Positions 50,243 to 60,526 of a stretch of 64,000 nt of DNA are shown piece after piece. Positions within the stretch are counted from its first letter, which is position 1, and every line of letters begins with the position of its first letter. A program made the position numbers and the translations under genes. Below the pieces are notes generated by a model. It made no database searches and was not told the DNA's origin. It was given only the letters and a program-made list of their open reading frames with translations. The DNA lies in contig NW_027191410.1 in assembly GCF_041146345.1 (NCBI RefSeq), positions 992,001 to 1,056,000 of the forward strand, read 5' to 3'. Source of the stretch: Neodothiora populina. Its lineage: Eukaryota.

Positions 50243-50976
50243 CGTACTTGCGGGTGCAGGTGCAGCATCATTGTATCGGCACCAGCCACACCTTTCCGTG
50301 TTCCATGCTTCAGCCACAAGACCCGTCTAGGTACAGTAGGAATGGAGCACGGACAACTGATACGGACAATTGATGTGAAGTACAGTGCCTAAGGTAAGGT
50401 AAGCAACTCGCCCGAGCACAAGCTGCTGTGGCTTGACCTACTGTACTCAAAAAAAGACAATCATTGAAGGCTTGGCACACCAGCTCGCGTCGGTCGTTCG
50501 GTCGTCGGTCGCAAGCGCAAAGGCAAGGCGAAAGTAACAGGACAGATGCTAAGTAGAGTTAATTAGTAGCAGTGTACAAGTAGCAGTAATTAGTAGGACT
50601 AGCGGTACAGTAGCCGCAGCAGCAAGATACATACAGTACAGATACAGTACAGCAGCAGTAACAGTACCGTAGGGCTGACTGGCTGTCGGCGAAAAGATGT
50701 GAATGGCTTGTCTCGACTGAGCATCCAAGGCAAAGGTAAGAAAGTTGAGCATCATCGTCACCATCCCATACTTTACTCTATCATCATTCAAACAACAACC
50801 ACCTCAGCACACATACATCGTCCACAAATTTGCCCGTCATCATCAGCCACAACAAGCCGACCCAGTCTCCGTCCGCCTTTCCATCTCACATACCCTCGGG
50901 TCCTCTTCTTTCCTTCCCGCCCACACCTCCGTCTCTCTTCTCGAGACTCACAGAAACCAAATAAAGATAGTAAAAA

Positions 50977-51607
50977 ATGGCCTCTACACAACCAGGAAGC
51001 GGCGTGCAAACGTCGACCGTCATCGTCGCAACCATCGGCACCCTCACCACTGCCGCCCTCGCATACGCCGTCTACTTTGACTACAAGAGAAGATCAGACG
51101 TCAACTTCCGTCGCGGGCTCAAGAAGCAACAAAAGCAGGTCCACAAGGCGCAGAAGGAAGAGGCTGTCGCTGCCGAGAAGGGCCAGAAGGAGCGCATCCG
51201 TGCCGCCATCGACGAGGCCAACGAGGATGGCTTCCCCACCGATCCCGAGAAGACCGAGGAGTACTTCATGACCGAGGTCGCCCGGGGAGAGCAGATGTGC
51301 CAGGATGGTGTGTATTCTTTGCTCTGTTCTTGCGCAAATCAACAAACCACTAACAATACCTCAACCAGGTTCCGACCCTGTCGATGCCGCTCTGTGCTTC
51401 TACAAGGCTCTCAAGGTCTACCCTCAGCCGAGAGAGCTGATCAGCATCTACGACAAGACCGTGCCCAAGGTATGTTTTCTCACCATCTCTTCTTGTTGGA
51501 AACACAGACTAACTTTTCCGCGAAAGCCCATCCTCGATATCCTCGCCGAGATGATTGCCGTCGACAGCAGCATATCGGTCACCGGATCGGGCGAGCCCGT
51601 CGAGTAA
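50977..51607 (+). CDS. TOM20: Mitochondrial import receptor Tom20
   Basis: N-terminal TM then [53 protein letters not shown]. Two introns. Confidence 0.95.
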
Positions 51608-52959
51608 ATGTCTTGACACTTCTACTAAAACACGACGCTCTCAATTCACGACAACATAGTCTCCGCATCGCGCCTCTACCTCTCGATCGTATCACTCATC
51701 GTGATCGTGCCTCATCTTCTGCCAGAAAAGCAGAAGAACCCTTTTCCAGAAGTTCCGAAATCAATCAAAATTTTCTTCTCATGACTTTGTACTACCATAT
51801 CGGCAAAACACAACCTTTGTATATATATACACATACACATCTCTCCAAACTCAAACATGCGCGCGCGCACATCCACATGACTTTGACGCATCTTCTTTCT
51901 TCTGGCAAAAACATGACACACGCGCACACACAATGCTTGGTACTCGTTCCGTTTCTCCTGACTGTATGTTTCGCAGCGGTAAACACGGGCACGAAAACAG
52001 GAATAAATGTAGAGGGAAAAGCCTCTTGGGGTAATCCTGCATACAGCAAGAGATCCACGAAAACACATGATGATTTTTGCTCATCCCAAATCCACATGGA
52101 AGACGATTGCTAAAACAGAGAAGTTGACGTAACTGTGATCGAACTACCATCGACCCGCACTGAGCCCTATCTCACTGTTCCCAACATGCTATCTATTGCC
52201 GTGTTAATTTGTTTCGAACTACGTTATACACACCTTAGTGTCTATGCCTACTTCAGTGCAAAACCACTGATACACCCATCACCGTCTCGCGCGAAATCGT
52301 GTATCAGCTCGCTTGAGTTGTAGACACCAAGCCAACGCACTACATCCTAGAACAGCAAAGTACATTATCGACACCATTGTTCGCTATCCATTATCCACTA
52401 TCGACTGTTTACTGTTCAATATCCACTGTGTATCCCGCATCCTATAACTCAATATCTCACATCCTACAATCCGACGGACCGAGCCCTGCTCTTGACTTCT
52501 CATGTTCTTCATGGTCATCTAGTAGAAAGTGCATCGCATGGCCCTGCGCTTGACCTCGACAGTCGACTCTATTGTCGAGCGATGTATCAGGGCAAATGTC
52601 ATGGTATACCCCCTCTGTAATGCCAGTCTAGGTCATCTCGTATGATTATCATGTGAATTTGATAGCGGGTCTGCAATTTATCGGTATAGCAGTGCGGAAG
52701 AACTCTGGATTCTTACATAGAAACATGCCGAATTCGTGGATCTGGTAAGATGTTACATGATTGTCCTGTCAGATGGTAGTCTATAGCCGACAACGTAGAA
52801 GAAGAAAAGAAATACAGTCCGAAGAGAACAGTATGTGGTTCAGGGTATCTTGGGAAAAAGAAGAAATTAGCCAACCACCGAGACACATGACCCAATCCTA
52901 ACGAAAACCCACTCCACCTCAGCCGACACGCCAAAGTCCCGCCGCTTCACCAATCCTCG

Positions 52960-54187
52960 TCATATCGCTTCCTCGATCAACAAATTGATGATCTTGCGAA
53001 CGTTCTTTATGCCGAAGAGCATGTTCTCGTCTCGACCTTGACCGGGTGTCCAAGCAGCGTGCGCAAAGTCGATGACCCTGACGTCGAATAGTCTAGGCTC
53101 CTCTTCATCTTCATCATCCTCGTCGTCGTCATTGTCGTCTTCGTCGTCCGCTTGCAACCCCCCTGCTCCCCCTCCATCACCACCACCTTCGCTCTCCTCG
53201 ACTGCCCGTTTCACCGCTGCATCTATGAGCTTTTTACGTGTTTGAGCGTCTCCCTCGAAAACTAAAAGTATACTTGCCGAGTACATTCGAGACTCCTTAC
53301 TTGCCAATACAGTCTCGATCTCTTCTATCGAGCGGTCCACATCGCGCATGTTATCCTCAACATATTCGTTCGCCAGCGCATCAGAACCGAGGCAAAATAA
53401 CTCCTTGAATGCATCCTGAACGTTATCTTCCCTCAGGCTTCGTCCATATATCTTGTCAAAAGGCCGGTAGCGTCCTGTAGAATTCACTGCTGCGGCTGCT
53501 GTTGAGTTGTCCTCTACGCCAGAGACATCCGCGGTCATGGAATCTTCAACACCTTGTGCCTGACACGGTCGCACCTCCGAGGGTTCCCATATCTGCATAC
53601 CAGCAACCCTGAAACCAAGAGATCCGCTAGTAGTCTTCGATGCTATATCGTCGAATTTCGCTCGTTTCGCCTTGGGCGCATCATCGGCCCATAATCGCTT
53701 TCCTAGTTTAATATCCATAAAATTGGGTCTTGTGAACCCGGCCAAGGTGTTTTCCAGAACCACCACGAGGTCAGTATCTAATTTTCTGCCCCGCAAAGGA
53801 ATACTCTCTTCTGTAGCATTGGGAACATTTTGCTCGAGATCTGGTGTCGGAAGAACTATCGACGGTGAAGCAGAGTCCGCGACTTGACTAATTGAGAGAA
53901 GATTATCAATCTGTTCAGACCGACCACGCTCCAATGTACCCATAAACGTCGGCATCAGTCGCGCAAAGTCGGGGTGCTCGGTTATAGTCGTCTGATAAAA
54001 GTCTATCTCGTTACGAGTGCATGGCTTATATATGAGGATCCCAGATGGATCGGCAAGTATGCCATCACTGTGCTGCTGTCAGTAGCAACAACAAAAAGGG
54101 AATAAAGGCTGCGGGCTTGACTTGCTGTCCTGCCGCGACATGCTCAAAAGCTACGGCTGAGGCCAGGTCGAATTTGGTAGTTGACAT
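52960..54187 (-). CDS. ARG82: Inositol polyphosphate multikinase (Ipk2/Arg82)
   Basis: AAGH|DG across GC-AG intron 54068-54125, KPC...E..FY, P.FMGTL, VLEN...GF..PNFMDIKLG (PxxxDxKxG), SLGFRVAGM, SILLVFEGD and IDFAHA. Confidence 0.92.
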
Positions 54188-54910
54188 GTCGACCTTCCCT
54201 TTGTTTTGTTTCAATGTAAATAAAAAAGGTATGGATCGGGATGAGTTAAGCAGATTGGAAGGCGGGGAGCAATCAAGGAGTAGAGGTCAGAGCTGAGACA
54301 ACCTCCGGCTGATCGCCCCGTGCCATGCGCTAATGCAAGGTACCATGCCAGTGACGTCAGGCATCCTTTTCTGTGGTCCGATAACACATACATTGGAGAT
54401 GATTTTACTTCGCTATAACTTGTTATACCCGTTGTGTTACTGGCCACAATGTCCCAGAGATCATGTTCCTCCACACCATTGATCTATCGGTGAACTAGGT
54501 AGCATCCACAGGACATCAAGTGAAGGCAAGATTAAAACAAGGTAAGGTAAGGTAGGTAATAATGTCATGTACCTTACTCCGCTGCACTCAATTCGCCAGT
54601 AGAAGGTGCCTTCCCGTCTGACTGCATAAGCATATAACGCAAGGTGAGACAGCTCAGAACAACGAATATGATCTCTCCACGTGTCGGTATACTTTCTACA
54701 TTCCGTTCATAAAGCGAGCCTAGGACTCCTCACTTCATCCCGTAAGTCAACCGTATACGTCCCCGACAAGCATTAACCTCACTACCATTAGGTCGAGAAT
54801 GATCCCATGTTCTTGATTCGATCTAGGTGGAGACAACCAAGTTCATCTTCAGCACGAGACTCATCGAGCGACATTGCAGGAACAGATTCTGCGGCCTTAC
54901 ATATATCACG

Positions 54911-56752
54911 ATGGAGGAAAGCATGAAACCAGTCCAAAGCAAGAACACTTGCTCGCAGGATGTCGAGCAAGTGCCCCCACCTGTAGAACACGCCGAGGGA
55001 GAAGCTATTCGTCGACAGGTCGAATTCTACTTCTCGGACGGAAACCTGCCAACAGACGCCCACATGCTTATGAAGACCGGTGGTTTACAGAATCTGCCAG
55101 TTTCGATCAAACATATATGCGGGTTCGCTAGGATGCGCAAGTACAAACCTTACCGATCCGTCGTCGAATCGCTCAAGAAAAGTACTTTGCTGGACGTCGT
55201 AGAAAACAAATTTCTCAAACGTAAGACGCCTCTGGCTATAAGTCCCAAGGTTGCTCCGCAGACGTCTGAGAACAACGCCAAAAACTCAACACAGAAGGCT
55301 GTCTCTCATATAGCTCAAGCCGCACAAGGCAAGCCGTGGATGACTAAAGGAATGGTAGGGTACCAGCAGCTTTAATGCCCCTCTAGATGCTGATCGCAAC
55401 TTTAGCTGAAACCCACGGGATTTGAAGAGTATTACGCAGATCCTCCAGTTACACCAGCGGTCTTCGCTACAGAACGCGAGCTGTATGAAAGGTGAGTCTT
55501 CTCTCCAACAGCTTTGAGATCTTCCATATTGACTACTGATTAGTGAGATCACATTCTCAACGTGAGTCGGTGACAACGATGTTGCCTGCAAAGACATAGC
55601 TGATACGTGTCCAGACGAATTGAAACTGCGATATATCGCTATACCAGCAAGCGGAAGTTCCACCAAGAGCCTGCTTTCATCTTCAACAAGTTCCTCAAGT
55701 ACGGCGGCATTGAGTGCAGTCCGAACCAATTCAGTGGTGGTGGGCTTGGTGACAAGGAACTCGAAGAGCGAAATGCCCATGATATCGCCGCTGCCAATGC
55801 TCGTCACAAGATCTCCGAAGATGTGACGAACAACGAGGACCTGTGGGTAGTAGATTTCGAAGGAGTGGCAAAAGGTTTCTTGTAGGTGGCTTTTACTCTT
55901 GAGGAGTCGAGGTTCGCTAATGTGCGTAGGTCGAGCCTTATGGTTCTCACTCGTCTCCTTTATGCTTCACAGCACGAGATCGAATTGACAACCAATATTC
56001 TTCGTAACTTCTACAACTACCTACTGCATCACGACGTCTGTCCTGAGTACACAGATCAGATCAACGCCGCACGTGAAATCTGCAAATTGGCAGATAAAGA
56101 ACTCTTGGACACCATTCTTGTTGGGCGATTTCTCCCAGATAGCTTTAGCTCAGCAGCATCTCGTATATACGGGGGTGTATATGCAAACGTTCTGAGCGAC
56201 GGACAAGACTGGGATGGAGCCGATAACTTTGGAGGTAGTGAACTGGACTCCCGGGATATCATAGTCGCCGCTGTCTCAGCATATGGGTCCGAGGAGCAGT
56301 ACGATAGCGTGACGGGCTCTGCAGATCCCGAGATTGCACTACAAGCTGACGTTATCTTCGAAGTGACTGGTACGGAGGTTGCTGATGCTGAGACGTTTGC
56401 TTTGTACGAAGCAGCCAGAGAGACCAAACCATTCCTCAAGACAACTGGAAAGATGCACTGCCGGCACTGGACCTATCCGCTCGCTCGGCGCTCAGCAGTA
56501 CTTGGCAGGTTGCAAGGGAGCAGACTTATCGTCGAGACCTTCACTCTTTGGATCGAAAATGAGGTTCTGTTACACGTGTTTCCTGGCATGAAAATAGAGG
56601 GTGTCTTGAAGGGCTTAGATAACGGAATTGTGTGGCTGGACATGATCTACGCAGTCAGTCCAACGTTCTTCGAGCTACTGCCGAATGAGTACCGTGCAGC
56701 ACAGAAAGCGGGCCAGCGAGAAGTGGCAGGCGCAAGCGACGATGCACTGTAG
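54911..56752 (+). CDS. ARB1: Argonaute-binding protein Arb1 homolog with N-terminal La-motif
   Basis: La motif IRRQVEFYFSDGNLPTD...V.IKHICGFARMR. Arb1 motifs TGFEEYYADPPVTP, RIETAI.RY..KRKF, FLKYGG, W.VDFEGVAKGFL, NFYNYLLHHDVCPEY, FPGMKIE. Four introns, including an 18-nt microexon at 55544-55561. Confidence 0.85.
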
Positions 56753-57463
56753 CACATTCACGACGAAGAAGCGAGGAGCGCATCTGGACTCGATCAGCGT
56801 GACAATTGTGGGACTCCGTCACAAGAGCAGGAACATACGTAGTCGCTCTTACAGCACTACCAGTACACGATATTCATATTGTCCTGCCGCAATTGTTATG
56901 TGGCATATGAGCTGTTCGCAAAAAGGTCGCTGCACCTCCGACAAGACCATAATCTGTGGAAAAGCACAAGCTTTGCAGGTACGCGGAGCGAGAGAGGCTC
57001 ATTGCTTCGTGCCTCACCGATGCTATCATTCGGTCACTCTACGTTGACATAAGCAAGAGGATATACTGTAGCGAAGGCTGATCTTCAGTGCCTAGTGACG
57101 CAAGGTACATTGAAGATCTGAGGTAGTCGATGTTTAGTCAAATGGTTGACTGAAAATTAGCGTAACGCTAACGAAAATTCCAAGGGTACAATCTGGAGAT
57201 GCGGATCTCAGCCTCATCCTATCCTACACAATCGCATTCGAGCAGGGAATGGTAAACCTTTATCCGCGGTCACTGTGTTTATCCTCTATTCAAACTAAGC
57301 AGTATTTGATAGCCGCCCCCACATTATTTGACTTTCGCGAATTCATCGACCAAAGTTTCTCCACCACATTTGTCTGATCAACCTCACGAAACCTGCAGGC
57401 TTGCCAGATATATGTCCTCTCTTGGGCATGAAAGAGATTAGGCGATATACTCAACGCCAGAGA

Positions 57464-60026
57464 ATGAAGTCGTCTAAACGCAGCACTGTTACTACAGCTT
57501 GTGAGGAATGTCGTGCTCGGAAGATAAGGGCTAGTCGTCGCTTGCGTGACTTCACTTGAATTGATGTAGTTGACTTTTAGTAGTGCAATGGAGCACGACC
57601 AATCTGCAATCGGTGTATGAACCGACGACGGCCATGCCACTACGTCGTGGAAGCAGGACACCGGCGTCAGGATATCATCAAATTAGAAAACGACGCGCTC
57701 AAATTGGACAAAGTGCGGCTCGATAGCGAAGTTTTTCACTTGCGTCAAAGACTTATGCGGTTGGGTGTTTCTCCGCCTATAGGACTTCAGATGTGTGATC
57801 CGTCACTTCCAGAAGAAGTGATTAGCAACGACATTGCAATGGTCAGCGGTCGCGCGACTGCACGATCCTCAGCTTTAGTTGAGATGACTTCGCCACAGTC
57901 CACCCCTGCTTCCACTTCGGGCAGCAGAAGGTCCGATACTGACATGACTGATGTGTCAAACAATTTGCCTTCTGTACCAAGCCTTAGAGAGCCAGCCTCC
58001 TCGTCAATGTCTACTGATGCGCAGTCGGAAGTTCCTGCCGATAAGCATGACAAGCCTACTACGTCCCATCATCGTCCTAAGCATATCTTTTCCACTCTTA
58101 CGGCCTCACACCGCGCTCTCTTGTGGCCGAAAATTCGGGAACAGATTATATCTGATGACAATTCCATGGAGGCTGACCTGAGTACGATAGCAGAGCGGGG
58201 TTCCCCGTGGTTTGTGCATCTTGACCTATGCAAGCATCCCCACGCTCTATCAGACGATGTTGATTTCAGCACGGCACATATGAAATCCCTTACCCTGAGT
58301 GGAAGCTGGACAAACGTGCCCGAGATCAATTTCGAGAAGATGCATGTTCTGAGCAGTGCGTACTTCGCAACCTTCAACGTTCTGTATCCGATATTGGACC
58401 ACAAGACATTTGAGACTGAAGTCTTGATTCCTATTCAAAAGCATGGCTTCAGCAACAACAGTCCCAACATTTGCCTCGGGCTTGTTGTGTTCGCCCTCGG
58501 CGAGATCGCTGTAAGTGCACAAGACGGACTGCCAATCAAGAATGGCCGGCCAGCCTCGAACGACTCCAAATCGGAAAATGACGGAGTGCCTCCCGGCCTT
58601 GCGTTATATGTCGAAGCTGGGAGACGATTCGGCCCGTTCACTGCAACGAGTAGCATCACTATCGCCCAGATGCTGCTCTTACAAGCGTATGTGCAATGAA
58701 GCAATGACAATTTCATTAGGCTGACCTGCTTTCAGAACATATCTCGGAGCATGCGCTCGCTATGCTGTGAGTAGCTCGAATCAAAATCACTTCATGATAC
58801 GCAGAAGATCATTCACTAATCTTACTGCGACATCCAGGAAGCGTGGAGAATCATAAACATGGCTGCCCTGACGTGCCAGATGTTAGTACGATGGTGAGTA
58901 TACCTATTCGAAATGCTTCTGCGTAGACGTGACTCTGACGATTTTGCAAGCGATATGTCTGGGTGGTCGGACCCATCTACCGACGCGTTAAAACGAGCAT
59001 ATTGGGGTTGTCTTTTACAGGAAACGTAAGTCTCTTCCAGGTCTTGGTTTTTGCTCGAAGCTGTGACCCTTTGTATCGCTAAACTCGAGATATAGGTATT
59101 TTCATTGTGACCTTGATATGCCCACATCAAGTCTCGACGAGCTTGAAGGCGAAGTTCCGATGCCTACCTTCTCGCGTAGTAATGCCGAGTCAGGAGGCTA
59201 CGTGGAAGATGCAACGAACTACGAATATCACTTTTTAGCTATGATAGCCCTGCGACCCATCTTAAAGAACATTCAACATTACATACATGGCTGTACGTCA
59301 AGCACAAGGTTCCGCGCCATAGCTTGAGCATACTGATGACGATTCTGCTTAGTCCCTGATACGAACAACGATTACCCTGAAACTCGAGGAGAAATCCCAG
59401 CGCGACTGATTGAAGAATTCGACAGGCAGCTCCAAGGCTGGCGATCAGTCTTGCCAGCTTTCTTGCGGTGGGATGACAGTGGCGATACCCCGAAAACGTC
59501 ACCCATGTGGTTGAGCTCGATCGGCAGCTCTAGTAGTGACGGAAGTCCTGCGTCTACAAGCGCAGGGACTTCGAGCACGACGCTTGACCAGACTCGGAAG
59601 TGGATACAAGATCTCATGGTTCATCAGCTGCGCAGCCGCTATCACTATACACGGTTCATGCTCTTCCGACCCTCGATCTACAAGGTACTGCAGATGTCTC
59701 AGCTAGCAGATGCTGATGTGGAAAAGCTATGTGGGGAAGCACTTCGCGAGGCTTGCGCACTACCAATGACCATGGCCTTCTTTAGCAACAAAAAACGGCT
59801 GATGCCGCAATTGTATGTCTGGACACAGGTATTCATGAGCATGCTCCTGATCCTTGCCTACACCGATCAGGATGAGAACCTGAAAGGCATTGCTGACGTG
59901 GAAGTGGATCGCAACAACATGCAGCAGTCGGTGGACATAATGATCAGCTGGATGGCCGAGATGCGGCACATTGATGCTACGGCAGAATGGAGCTGGAACA
60001 TCATTAGGAAGATGCAGTACTCATAG
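57464..60026 (+). CDS. Zn(II)2Cys6 fungal transcription factor with middle homology region
   Basis: ACEECRARKIR|CNGARPICNRCMNRRRPCHY after splicing 57530-57583; YF..FN.LYPILD; RAYW; QL.GW...LP..L. Many introns. An in-frame upstream ATG exists at 57428. Confidence 0.85.
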
Positions 60027-60526
60027 ATTTGTGCTTTGTACACGATAAAAAGTGGAGGCTTCGACAATATTTCGGAGCCGGGATATAGACGTTCCTCGAG
60101 TCCAGTACATCGCGATGCTAGCACTGTGCTCGATGACTGGGATCCAAACACGGTATTTCCTTGTCAAGTCATGTATCAAGTCAAGTACAGTAGATCTGCA
60201 TTGATCGGAATGACGACGATGAGGTATCGCACCTTAAGGCATTTGAGTAGGTGGAGTGAATGTGGGGGAAGTGTGGAGTTGGTGGATCCCGCGAAATGGG
60301 GAAGTTGCCAAGAGTCACATGCAGATGTTTATTCCAGTACCTCGGACTCACAACGGACTCGATATGATGAAGCACACGTGGGACGTTAACATTTGCGATC
60401 ATTCCTCTGTTGTAGCTATCCAGGTCTTCTTCTTGACAATGACAGCATCCGACATCAATGGTTATAACGGTAGAATGCCAGACTGATATTGACGACTGAT
60501 TACCGTCGAACGAGCGGTCGCTGACC

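Noticed and set aside
50095..50392. ORFs with AQAQ, CACA, VLVL and CLCL repeats
   Set aside because: Translations of the (GTGCTT)n microsatellite.
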